Assembly (NCBI GenBank): GCA_964478045.1 | Contig: CAYZHO010000001.1 | Span: 18,658 to 66,562 of the forward strand | Length of the DNA: 47,905 nt | From: an uncultured Myxococcales bacterium | Lineage (GTDB): Bacteria > Desulfobacterota > Binatia > UBA1149 > SPBQ01 | Reading direction: 5' to 3' | Shown: piece after piece, positions 9,482-17,909 of the stretch | How positions within the stretch are numbered: position 1 is the stretch's first letter | Layout: each line of letters begins with the position of its first letter | Made by a program: the position numbers and the translations under genes | The notes under the pieces: generated by a model | What the model was told of the DNA's origin: nothing | Seen by the model: only the letters and a program-made list of their open reading frames with translations | Databases searched by the model: none

Positions 9482-10687
9482 TCAGTCGGGCAAGCCGAGA
9501 ACGCGCTTTGCGATGATGTTGAGCTGGATTTCCGAGGTTCCGCCTTCGATCGAGTTCCCGCGCGAACGCAGCCAGGCGCGCGTGATGTCAAGCTCGGACT
9601 GCTCGAAGCCCGGCCCTTCCCACCCGAGCCCCTGAGGACCGAGAATCGAAACCATCAACGCGTGGCGATCCTTGTTCAGTTCGGTTGCGTAATATTTTAG
9701 GATCGAGGCTTCTGGGCCTGGTTCCTGACCGAGCTTCGCGGCTTCTTTGAGGCGCGCGATCGTCAGATCGAGACAGATCTTGTTCATCGTCAGTCGGGCA
9801 ATCTCGTGGCGAACGACCGGATCGCCTATCCGATCGCCGTCCCAGGGTAGGTACTGGCGCGCTAGCTCAACAAGCTGGTTGCGATCCCTCCGCTCGCTGA
9901 ACGCCTCGCTGATCATACTGCGCTCGAATCCGAGCAGCACTTTCGCCATCGCCCAGCCGTTGTTCACTCCTCCGACGACCTGGTCCTTCGGTACGCGCAC
10001 GTTGTCGAGGAATGTCTCGCAGAAGGGCGATGCGCCGCTGATCAATCGAATCGGCCGGACGCTTATCCCGGGCGAGTCCATGTCCAGGAGCATGAACGAA
10101 ATTCCCGCATGTTTCGGTGCATCGGGATCCGTTCGAACGAGAATGAACATCCAGTCGGATTTGTCCGCGTAGGAGGTCCAGACCTTCTGCCCGTTTAGAA
10201 CCCACTCGTCGCCGTCGAGGACGGCTCGGGTCTTGAGGCTCGCCAGATCAGAGCCGGCACTTGGTTCGGAATAACCCTGACACCACCGGATCTCTCCCCG
10301 GCAGATGGGCGGCAGAAAGCGCCGTTTTTGTTCTTCCGTACCGTGCGCGAGCAGGAGCGGCCCAATCATTGTCAACCCGAATCCTACAAGTGGCGGCTTC
10401 GCCCGGATCCGAGCCATTTCTTCGGCCAAAATCCGGGCTTCCTCCTTGCTCAGTCCGCCCCCGCCGTACTCGCGAGGCCAGGTCGGAGCTGTCCAACCCT
10501 TTTCGGCCATCCGCTGCAGCCACAGCCTGGCCTCGGGATTGGGAAACTCCTGCTTGCGGCCGCCCCAAACCAGGTCGTCGGCCAAGGCTTGATTGGCCGC
10601 GGGCTCCTCGGGCCACCGCATAGACGGGGGGCAGTTGGCCTCGAGCCACTCGCGCACTTCGCGGCGAAATCGTTCCAGGTCAGCCAT
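9482..10687 (-). CDS. Acyl-CoA dehydrogenase, PimC-like subunit
   Basis: Motifs WCQGYSEPSAGSDLASL, NGQKVWTS, LGFER and SIEGGTSEIQLNIIAKRVLGLP. Confidence 0.92.
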   Translation of the reverse strand: MADLERFRREVREWLEANCPPSMRWPEEPAANQALADDLVWGGRKQEFPNPEARLWLQRMAEKGWTAPTWPREYGGGGLSKEEARILAEEMARIRAKPPLVGFGLTMIGPLLLAHGTEEQKRRFLPPICRGEIRWCQGYSEPSAGSDLASLKTRAVLDGDEWVLNGQKVWTSYADKSDWMFILVRTDPDAPKHAGISFMLLDMDSPGISVRPIRLISGASPFCETFLDNVRVPKDQVVGGVNNGWAMAKVLLGFERSMISEAFSERRDRNQLVELARQYLPWDGDRIGDPVVRHEIARLTMNKICLDLTIARLKEAAKLGQEPGPEASILKYYATELNKDRHALMVSILGPQGLGWEGPGFEQSELDITRAWLRSRGNSIEGGTSEIQLNIIAKRVLGLPD

Positions 10688-10756
10688 GGGCGCAGTCTAC
10701 AGGGGGCGCGGGCCCCATGGAACCCGCTTCCGCACCCCCGGAGCGCTGTTGAGGTG

Positions 10757-10831
10757 CGTCCCCGACGGGATTTGAACCCGTGTTGCCGGCGTGAAAGGCC
10801 GGTGTCCTGGGCCAGGCTAGACGACGGGGAC
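10757..10831 (-). tRNA. tRNA-Glu (UUC), CCA not encoded
   Basis: Reverse complement GTCCCCGTCGTCTAGCCTGGCCCAGGACACCGGCCTTTCACGCCGGCAACACGGGTTCAAATCCCGTCGGGGACG folds as a cloverleaf with anticodon TTC. Confidence 0.97.
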
Positions 10832-10863
10832 GCGAGATTTGAAGCCCTGGCACGCAACGGGTG

Positions 10864-10936
10864 TGAGCCGTGGAGGACTCGAACCTCCGACCCGCTGCTT
10901 AAAAGGCAGCTGCTCTACCACCTGAGCTAACGGCCC
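10864..10936 (-). tRNA. tRNA-Lys (UUU), CCA not encoded
   Basis: Reverse complement GGGCCGTTAGCTCAGGTGGTAGAGCAGCTGCCTTTTAAGCAGCGGGTCGGAGGTTCGAGTCCTCCACGGCTCA; anticodon TTT. Confidence 0.97.
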
Positions 10937-10952
10937 GCAACCGGAATGAAGC

Positions 10953-10980
10953 ACCCTACCACCGGACGCTCCATTTGCAA
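10953..10980 (-). promoter_or_regulatory. Candidate sigma70 promoter of the tRNA-Lys/tRNA-Glu pair
   Basis: TTGCAA-N16-TAGGGT on the minus strand with TG just upstream of the -10, ending 16 nt before the tRNA-Lys 5' end. Confidence 0.45.
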
Positions 10981-11057
10981 CCGGAGCTCGCGTGGAAGCG
11001 GCTCCTCGCCTGCGCTAGTCTGTGATGCAACAGGCGAGCACCCCGACAAAGGGTCCC

Positions 11058-11087
11058 CGGCCGGGACGCCTTGCGGCGTTCCGGCCG
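11058..11087 (-). terminator. GC-rich hairpin immediately after the mscS stop
   Basis: Minus strand CGGCCGGAACGCC-GCAA-GGCGTCCCGGCCG: about 13-bp stem with one mismatch and a GNRA loop. U-tract is weak. Confidence 0.5.
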
Positions 11088-11089
11088 CT

Positions 11090-12145
11090 TCACGTTTGGA
11101 CCGGCTCGCTCGTGTGCACGTAGAGCGTCTGCGTGGGGTAAGCGAACTCTACCCCCTCGGCCGCAAGGCGTTTCATCAGTTCGAGATTAATTTGCTGTTG
11201 GACGTCCATGTAGACGTTGTAGTCCGGCTTCTTCACGTAGTACACGACTTCAAAAATCAGCGCGAAATCTCCAAATCGGGCAAAGTGGACCCGGTCGAGA
11301 CGCGCGTCCGGAATCGCGCCCACAATCTCCCGCACGATTTCACAGATTCTTTCGAGCTTCTCTACCGGCGTCTGGTAAGTGACCCCAAACGAGAACACCA
11401 CCCGCCGCTCCCACATCCGCTTGTAGTTGCGGATCCGGCTGCCAACCAAGTCGGAATTCGAGAAGACCAGCTGCTCTCCTCCCAAGCTGCGGACCCGCGT
11501 CGTCTTTATCCCGATGCGCTCGACGGTGCCCAACAAATCGTCGACGATAATGAAGTCACCCACTTCGAACGGCCGGTCGAACACGATCGAAAGGGAGCAA
11601 AAGATGTCCCCCAGGATGTTCTGGACCGCCAAGGCGACCGCAATGCCTCCCACGCCTAGGCTCGCCACGAGCGCCGTCACGTCGACACCCATGTTGTCCA
11701 GCGCGAACAGCGCGACGAGCGACCATAGAACGAGGCGTGCCACGAATTGGATCGCCGCGTAGCCGCTGGCCGCAGGTGTCGCGCCGCCTACCGTCTGCCG
11801 GGAAAGCCAGTGCGCGATTAGCCGGTTCCCCCATAGCGCGACCTGCAACGCGACCGCCCCGATCACCACGACGCGGATCGCCCCCGAAAGCGAGGGAGGC
11901 AAGGCAAGCGTTCGCGCTCCGAGGTAAACCCCGAGCACAGCCAGGACGCCGCGGTGCGTGCCCGCCAGCAGCTCCGCGATAACGTCGTCGGCCGTCGTCC
12001 GGGTGCGCTTGGCCAGTCCGCCAAGCCTCGCCGCCAGCGTCCGGTGGAGGATCCAGAGAGCGGCAACTGCAGCCGCCGCAAGCGCAACCGCGCCAAGCCA
12101 GGCCGCCAGCGTATTGCCGAACACGGTCCGCTCGAACCCTTCCAT
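11090..12145 (-). CDS. mscS: Small-conductance mechanosensitive channel (MscS family)
   Basis: TM helices followed by ASLGVGGIAVALAVQNILGD, DRPFEVGDFI, GTVERIGIKTT, FSNS and EFAYPTQ. Confidence 0.93.
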   Translation of the reverse strand: MEGFERTVFGNTLAAWLGAVALAAAAVAALWILHRTLAARLGGLAKRTRTTADDVIAELLAGTHRGVLAVLGVYLGARTLALPPSLSGAIRVVVIGAVALQVALWGNRLIAHWLSRQTVGGATPAASGYAAIQFVARLVLWSLVALFALDNMGVDVTALVASLGVGGIAVALAVQNILGDIFCSLSIVFDRPFEVGDFIIVDDLLGTVERIGIKTTRVRSLGGEQLVFSNSDLVGSRIRNYKRMWERRVVFSFGVTYQTPVEKLERICEIVREIVGAIPDARLDRVHFARFGDFALIFEVVYYVKKPDYNVYMDVQQQINLELMKRLAAEGVEFAYPTQTLYVHTSEPVQT

Positions 12146-14407
12146 CTACCGGCCCCCCTCTAGTTCCTTGGGCTCTTCGCCATCTAGACCCGCCTGGCGC
12201 CGCGCGTCCGCGACGATCGCCTCCAACAAGGCCACGAACGCCTCGCGTTCCATCGCGTAGCGGGCGCCCAACGGCGTCTCGCTCACGCTGATCGAGACGT
12301 TCACCTCTGGGAAGACACGGAACATGTCCTCGTCCGTCCGGTCGTCGCCCGCCGTGATCAGCAAGTCGAGCGCCGGATCAAATCCTTCCTCTTCGAGAAG
12401 GGCGCGAACTCCCTCTCCCTTGTTTACACCCACGTGGCGCACTTCAACGGCCTTCTTGGAGATCAGCACCCCGAGCGGAGTCTGCTGGAGTAACCCTCCG
12501 AGCGTATCGGCTAACACCAACGCTTGCTGGCGGGCAAAGATCGGATCGGCCATCCGGTAGTGCCAGACCATGCCGAACTCCTTCTCCTCGATCTTGGAGC
12601 CCGGAATCCGGCGTTCGAAGTCGAGCATAATGTTGTACACCGTTTCGCGCAGGTCCTGATAGGCGGCCTGATCCACAAGGTGGACGCACTCTCCCTCGCC
12701 GCCCCGCCGCAGGCACGCTCCGTGCTCCGCAATGATCGCTACCTCGGCAGGCAAGTACTGTTCGAGAAACCTGCGATCGCGCCCGCTCACGATAGCGGCG
12801 TACAACCGCGGTGTCGTAGCCATGCGGCGCACGAGATCGACGATGTGCGGCGGAGGCACCGCCAACTCCGGTTTGTCGACGATCGGCACCAGCGTGCCGT
12901 CGTAGTCAATGAACAGAAACACGCGCCGCGCCCTGCACGCCCGGGTTCGAAGCGCACCGGCGTTGGGCTCGACCGCAGCAATATAGCCGGACCGGCGATT
13001 CGCATCGGCGGCTTCGTCGAGCGCCGACAAGAAGTTGCGGCTCCAAGCTCGGTTGTCGTAACGCGAAAGTCGCTCGGACAGGCTTCGCATCATCGAAATC
13101 CGGGCGCGCTCGTCGAGACTCAGCGCCGTCTCCATCGCCGAGATCATGCTGTCCTGACTCCACGGGTTGACGAGCAGCGCTTCCCCCATTTCAGCCGCCG
13201 CACCCGCAAACTCGCTCAAGATCAACACACCGGGCTCGTCGCCCTTAGCGGCCACGTACTCTTTGCAGACGAGGTTTAGGCCGTCGCGAATCGGCGTAAC
13301 TACGGCGACGTCTGCCCGGCGGTAGAGCGCCATCAGGTAGGGGCGATCCAAATTGCGGAAAATGTAGTGAACGGGCACGTAGCCTGCGGTCCCGAAACGG
13401 CCATTGATGCGGCCGACCAAACCGTCGACTTCTGCTTTCAGTTCTTTGTACTCGCCGACATTGACACGGGACGGAACGGAAACCTGAACGAGGGTCACCC
13501 GGCCCACCCACTCGGGATGCTTCTCAAGAAACGCACCAAAGGCCGCTAGCCGCTCCGGAATGCCCTTCGTGTAGTCGAGCCGATCCACTCCGAGGAACAC
13601 GACCCGACCCTCGTAGCTCTTGCTGATCTCCGCCAGATGCGCCTCCGCCTCCGGCGATCGGGCCACCCGGTAGAGCTCTCCAACGTTGATTCCGAGCGGA
13701 AAGGCTCCCAGCCGTACAACCCGGCGGCCGTAGACGAGCGTGTCCATTTGCGGCTCGAGCCCCGCAACTCGGGCAACGGCGTTGCTGAAATGGCGCATGT
13801 ACTCGAGGGTGTGAAAGCCGATCAGGTCGGCACCTAGCAAACCGGAGAGAACCTCGCTGCGCCAGGGAAGAATGCGGAACACTTCCGCGGACGGAAACGG
13901 AATGTGCAGGAAAAAGCCGATGGTCAAATCGCGGCGCAGGCGCCGTAGGTAATCCGGGACCAACATGAGTTGATAGTCGTGTACCCACACGCGGTCCCCG
14001 GGCTCGATGTGTTCGGCGATCGTCTCGGCAAAGCGTTGATTGACCTTACGATAGGCTTCCCACATGGCTGCCGAAAAGCGGCAGCGGTCGGGATTGTAGT
14101 GAAAGAGCGGCCAAATCGCGCTGTTGCTGAATCCTTCGTAGTAGCCTTCGTAAAGGTCCTGGGGAACGTCGACCACGACCAGACCGTTACGGTCGAGGAA
14201 CTCTCGATCTTCTCCAGACAAGCCGAGACTGGCCGTGGTCGACACACCAAGGCAACCAACCCACAGCGACCGTCCGTGGCCGTGGACTCCTTCGAGGCCC
14301 GTCACGAGCCCTCCGGCACTGCGTTGAAGTTGAATCCTTCCGCCGACGACGCGAGCTTGGACCGGCAGGCGATTGGAAGCGATTATCGTGCGTCCTTGGT
14401 CAGCCAT
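12146..14407 (-). CDS. otsAB: Bifunctional trehalose-6-phosphate synthase/phosphatase (GT20 + HAD fusion)
   Basis: GT20 motifs [35 protein letters not shown] and LSEFAGAA; C-terminal HAD motifs FIDYDGTL and [10 protein letters not shown]. The stop abuts the mscS start. Confidence 0.93.
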   Translation of the reverse strand: MADQGRTIIASNRLPVQARVVGGRIQLQRSAGGLVTGLEGVHGHGRSLWVGCLGVSTTASLGLSGEDREFLDRNGLVVVDVPQDLYEGYYEGFSNSAIWPLFHYNPDRCRFSAAMWEAYRKVNQRFAETIAEHIEPGDRVWVHDYQLMLVPDYLRRLRRDLTIGFFLHIPFPSAEVFRILPWRSEVLSGLLGADLIGFHTLEYMRHFSNAVARVAGLEPQMDTLVYGRRVVRLGAFPLGINVGELYRVARSPEAEAHLAEISKSYEGRVVFLGVDRLDYTKGIPERLAAFGAFLEKHPEWVGRVTLVQVSVPSRVNVGEYKELKAEVDGLVGRINGRFGTAGYVPVHYIFRNLDRPYLMALYRRADVAVVTPIRDGLNLVCKEYVAAKGDEPGVLILSEFAGAAAEMGEALLVNPWSQDSMISAMETALSLDERARISMMRSLSERLSRYDNRAWSRNFLSALDEAADANRRSGYIAAVEPNAGALRTRACRARRVFLFIDYDGTLVPIVDKPELAVPPPHIVDLVRRMATTPRLYAAIVSGRDRRFLEQYLPAEVAIIAEHGACLRRGGEGECVHLVDQAAYQDLRETVYNIMLDFERRIPGSKIEEKEFGMVWHYRMADPIFARQQALVLADTLGGLLQQTPLGVLISKKAVEVRHVGVNKGEGVRALLEEEGFDPALDLLITAGDDRTDEDMFRVFPEVNVSISVSETPLGARYAMEREAFVALLEAIVADARRQAGLDGEEPKELEGGR

Positions 14408-14565
14408 CCGTTCGGTAGTACGGCCATCGACCGTACGGCAAGCCACAATGAGAGCCTAGTACGGGGCTTGCCCGGATTCCACCACGGCCCGGCGATGGCA
14501 CCGAAACAACGGATCCCGTATCGTCGGTAGGCGTGGTTTCCAACTTGGAAAGAACGCGATCTGGG

Positions 14566-15243
14566 GTGCGAGCGATCGCCGCGTACGAGGCAATTCTGCA
14601 ACCCGTGGATTGCCCTTTGCCCGGCGGGGCCACGCGCACCCTTGCCTTGTGGTGCGTGCGCGATCCTGCTTCGCTCGTCGATGCCGAGCGCTTGCTGCGC
14701 GATCCGCACGCTCCCGAACCGCCATATTGGGCGATCGTATGGGCGGGTTCCCGCGCGATCGCCGGCCACCTCCTGGCCGGACCCAAACGACTCCGGCAGC
14801 ACGCCCTCGACCTCGGATGCGGACTCGGCTTAGCGGGCGTGGCGGCCGGCGTCCAAGGAGCGCGGGTGGTGTTCGCCGACATCGAACCGGCAGCCCTCGC
14901 CTTTGCCCGGGCCAACGCTGAGCTTCACGGACTGCAAGGGTGGAAGACGCGAGTGCTCGACTTCACGACGGATCGACTCGCGCAAACTTTCGACTTGATC
15001 CTGGCTGCCGACGTCGCTTACCAGAGCGAGCACTACGCAGCCCTAGCGAGTTTTCTGGCCGCCCATGTTCGCCCCACCGGAACCATCCTCCTCACCGAAA
15101 GTCTGCAAACCGGCGCCCGTGCGGTCGTCGATCGGCTCGAAAGCCTTGGCTTCGCTCACCAACGCCGGGCCGTCTGGGTGGTTGAAGAGGGGCGCAAGGA
15201 GCGCACTTGGCTGCACGTGCTGGCTCGTAAGACAGGCGCGTAG
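14566..15243 (+). CDS. Class I SAM-dependent methyltransferase, Methyltransf_16 (METTL20/21-like) family
   Basis: Motifs PPYWAIVW, LDLGCGLG and DLILAADVAY. Start uncertain (14533 or 14566). Confidence 0.82.
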   Translation: MRAIAAYEAILQPVDCPLPGGATRTLALWCVRDPASLVDAERLLRDPHAPEPPYWAIVWAGSRAIAGHLLAGPKRLRQHALDLGCGLGLAGVAAGVQGARVVFADIEPAALAFARANAELHGLQGWKTRVLDFTTDRLAQTFDLILAADVAYQSEHYAALASFLAAHVRPTGTILLTESLQTGARAVVDRLESLGFAHQRRAVWVVEEGRKERTWLHVLARKTGA

Positions 15244-15281
15244 CAGTTCGCTCGAGGGGCTGCACGCACCGAAGGCTCGCC

Positions 15282-16001
15282 TCAAGAGAACAGGCGGCCC
15301 AGGTCGCTGGCGGTTGCGTAGCCGAGCAGCGCCAGCAGAATGGCCAGCCCAACTAGGTTGGCAGGAACGTGCAAGGCTCGAGCCCGGCGTTCGGCCAGTT
15401 CGAGCAGGCACAGCAAGGCCTTGCCCCCATCTAGTGGCGGCAGGGGCAATGCGTTGAGGAGCGCCAGGTTTACGCTCATCACGACTGCAAACTGCAGGGC
15501 CGCCGTCCCTTGCGTGCCCACGAACCTTGCCCCCTCCACTAGAACGCCAAGGAAACCCGAGACCTGCCCGTTTCCGGCGAAGGCAGACGCCAGTGCCAAG
15601 CCGGCTGCCTTGAGTGCGGCTGCTATCTGCACTGGCGGAGCGAGGGCGGCGGCGCGCCACGCGGGCATTCCCGCTCGGACATTGAATACAGCCAGCAACA
15701 ACCACGCAGCGACGAGGTTGGCGGCCGGGCCCCCTAGAGAGAGCAAGAAGCGCCGAACCGGTGGCTCCTCGAGCGCTCCCCTGCCGTGCCTGCCTCCGGG
15801 CAGCACATAGCCTCCTATAGGAATCCACGACAGTCTGTACTCAGTGCCGTTGCGCCGCCAGGCAACAAGTGCTGGCCCAAACCCCACGGACAGGCGAGCC
15901 ACGGGCAGTCGCACGAGGCGCGCCACGGCGAAGTGTCCCAGCTCGTGAACCAAGACCAGGAGGGCAACGATGGCTGCAACTAGGGCGTAGCTTGCGGGCA
16001 C
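15282..16001 (-). CDS. Site-2 protease family (M50) membrane zinc metalloprotease, no PDZ domain
   Basis: HELGH zinc motif, SVGFGP, IPIGGYV, GGPAAN and NALPLPPLDGG. Only 239 aa. Confidence 0.9.
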   Translation of the reverse strand: MPASYALVAAIVALLVLVHELGHFAVARLVRLPVARLSVGFGPALVAWRRNGTEYRLSWIPIGGYVLPGGRHGRGALEEPPVRRFLLSLGGPAANLVAAWLLLAVFNVRAGMPAWRAAALAPPVQIAAALKAAGLALASAFAGNGQVSGFLGVLVEGARFVGTQGTAALQFAVVMSVNLALLNALPLPPLDGGKALLCLLELAERRARALHVPANLVGLAILLALLGYATASDLGRLFS

Positions 16002-16193
16002 GCACGCAATGATGGTGCGCGCCCTACCCTAGAAAAAGACGCGAGGGCCACTTGAGCCAGCCGAGGTCTCCCGGCGTTACCCCAGCGGGGGGCGCTGCCC
16101 GGCTAAAGAAGGCGGAGCTTCGCCGCTGTACGCCCGCGTGCGTACCCGCCCTTTTGGGGGTGAGCGGTAGTTGGACCGACGACGGAGCCGGCG

Positions 16194-16373
16194 TCAGCCG
16201 AGTGCCGGGGATCGCCAACCCCGCTCTCTTCCGCCTGCCCCTTCGATCGCTTCGGCAACCAAGCTGACGACGCTAACGAACAAGAACAAAAGAACGACCG
16301 CGAGAAATGCAGAGATGGCAACGTAACCCACCCCGCAGCAAGTACCAAGTAGCGTCCAAGGCAAGTTGCCCAT
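16194..16373 (-). CDS. Small single-TM membrane protein (59 aa)
   Basis: Near-perfect SD AGGAGGT then ATG 16373. Sequence MGNLPWTLLGTCCGVGYVAISAFLAVVLLFLFVSVVSLVAEAIEG... contains a long hydrophobic helix. Confidence 0.6.
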   Translation of the reverse strand: MGNLPWTLLGTCCGVGYVAISAFLAVVLLFLFVSVVSLVAEAIEGAGGRERGWRSPALG

Positions 16374-16567
16374 CAGCCACCTCCTGGCGCGCGCCGCCAA
16401 GCCCCGAACGGTCTCGGGCCGATGGCCGCACCGGACAGCGTACTAGCCAGAAGCGTGCCGCGCCCGGTGGTTCCGCGTTCCAGGAAGTTCCAACGTTTTC
16501 GGTCCAGTTCGCCGGCCGGGCCGTGTCGAAAATGTAGCGGCAAGCCGCCGACGGCGGCTGCGAGCAT
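16373..16567 (-). CDS. Putative small protein (64 aa), TGATG-coupled to the 59-aa ORF
   Basis: SD TAAGGAG (16574-16580) 6 nt before ATG 16567. Its TGA overlaps the next ATG. No recognisable family. Confidence 0.35.
   Translation of the reverse strand: MLAAAVGGLPLHFRHGPAGELDRKRWNFLERGTTGRGTLLASTLSGAAIGPRPFGAWRRAPGGG
16445..16460 (-). promoter_or_regulatory. Sigma54-like -24/-12 promoter
   Basis: Minus strand CGGCACG-CTTC-TGGCT against consensus TGGCACG-N4-TTGCW, with exact GG-N10-GC spacing, about 70 nt upstream of ATG 16373. Confidence 0.4.
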
Positions 16568-16667
16568 GCGCTTCTCCTTAGCGCGCCGCGGCATGGTCGA
16601 AGGCCACACCCCCGTGCGGTCCCGGGCGACACGCCCTCCCCTTCGGCCAATGCGTCGCAGGGGCGGC

Positions 16668-17849
16668 TCAAGCAGCCGCGCGCGAACGGAACAAAGCGAA
16701 CGAGCTCGTGTATCCGTGCACGGCCGTGCCCGAACCAGCGGTGGCAATCTCCCCGTTGCAGAAGAACCCGCCGAGCGGAACGTTTCCGAGGCGCGCGCGG
16801 AAGACGTTCGTGTCGTGGTCCGTGCATCCGTACATGCTCATTCCGCGCCCGACACAGGAAAACAGCAGCGCTCCCTCGGGACGCCTGCGTGACTCGCGCG
16901 CGTATCGGGCTAGTCGCGTATCCAGCTCGACCGCCGAAGTGCGTGCGTCCCGCACGTGGAACTGGACAACTTCGTTCGCTGCCACGCGGGCTGCAACGGC
17001 AATCGCGCCGGTTTCCTCGTCGAGCCCTACCACGTCACGGACAACGTACGAAGCCGTACCGACGTCGACCACTCCGCTCGCCCGAGCCAGGCCGAGGCAC
17101 AGCGCGCGCCGGAACAGTTTGCGGTCCTTCTCGCTGGCGTTCTCGTAGATTTCCTTGAGCACTGCTGCGGCTGGTCGCCCGTCGAGCTCGAACACAAGCG
17201 AACCCCGGCAGCGGGTCACGAACAGCGGGTCCCCAATCGGGCGGCAGCCGTGCGAAACCAGGCAATCAATCTCGATGTTCCCAGCAAGGGCTACACCGAC
17301 GACTCCACTGCGGTACGCGCAAGCCCCGAGATACAGAACGTCGCCCCGCAGTCCCCCGCTGGCAACCCCACCCACCTTGAGGGCGCTCGGAAAGGCGCGA
17401 TCGAGCTGCCCGAGCAGCGGCTCAAGCGCTAGAGCCCTCGCTTCGGCGAACAGCAAGAAGTGGGGGGCGCTTTCTGCCCGAACCCCGAGCGCGCGCTCCC
17501 ACTCCGCGAGGCCGGCATCTTCAGCGGGCAGCCGGTGGCTTGGGAGGTAAAACGGAACCAGGTCCACTTCGGGCATCACGGCACCGGCAAGGGCTAACGC
17601 CGGACGTGCTTCCACCTCCCTGCCCCGGCCGATCACGCCCCGCCCGGAGCAGCCGATCAGCAGGCCCCCGCCGAGCCGGCGGCGGACGAAGGCGGGCAAA
17701 GACTGAAGTCCCGCCTCGTAGGCTGAAGAGACGAAAGCGAGAACCAAATCGGGGACCTGGTTTCCCAACTGTTCGTCGAGTTCCGCAGCGGCTTCCGCCA
17801 CAGCGCGTTCGAGGTCCGGTGCAAGCGACAGCGACGATGCCCAAAGCAT
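16668..17849 (-). CDS. FIST N/C domain signal protein (NosP/FIST family)
   Basis: Motifs LIGCSGRGVIG, KVGGVASG, VSHGCRPIG, ELDGRPA, VQFHVRD, LFSCVGRG, GGFFCNGEI and HGYTS. Confidence 0.9.
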   Translation of the reverse strand: MLWASSLSLAPDLERAVAEAAAELDEQLGNQVPDLVLAFVSSAYEAGLQSLPAFVRRRLGGGLLIGCSGRGVIGRGREVEARPALALAGAVMPEVDLVPFYLPSHRLPAEDAGLAEWERALGVRAESAPHFLLFAEARALALEPLLGQLDRAFPSALKVGGVASGGLRGDVLYLGACAYRSGVVGVALAGNIEIDCLVSHGCRPIGDPLFVTRCRGSLVFELDGRPAAAVLKEIYENASEKDRKLFRRALCLGLARASGVVDVGTASYVVRDVVGLDEETGAIAVAARVAANEVVQFHVRDARTSAVELDTRLARYARESRRRPEGALLFSCVGRGMSMYGCTDHDTNVFRARLGNVPLGGFFCNGEIATAGSGTAVHGYTSSFALFRSRAAA

Positions 17850-17909
17850 GGTACAGCTCGGCCGGGCTCGCGCCCCGGGCGGCCCCAGCGCGACTCTCTC
17901 ACGCTAGGC

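Noticed and set aside
10688-10760. Genomic island integrated at a tRNA 3' end
   Set aside because: No integrase, no duplicated tRNA 3' end seen by eye, and no obvious compositional shift.
16002-16018. Possible NtrC box (GCAC...GGTGC) at the M50 start
   Set aside because: Spacing is N9 rather than the GCAC-N7-GTGC consensus.
16024-16218. 64-aa minus-strand ORF between the small TM protein and M50
   Set aside because: Non-ATG start, no SD, overlaps the upstream ORF and has low-complexity composition. Better explained as a structured spacer.
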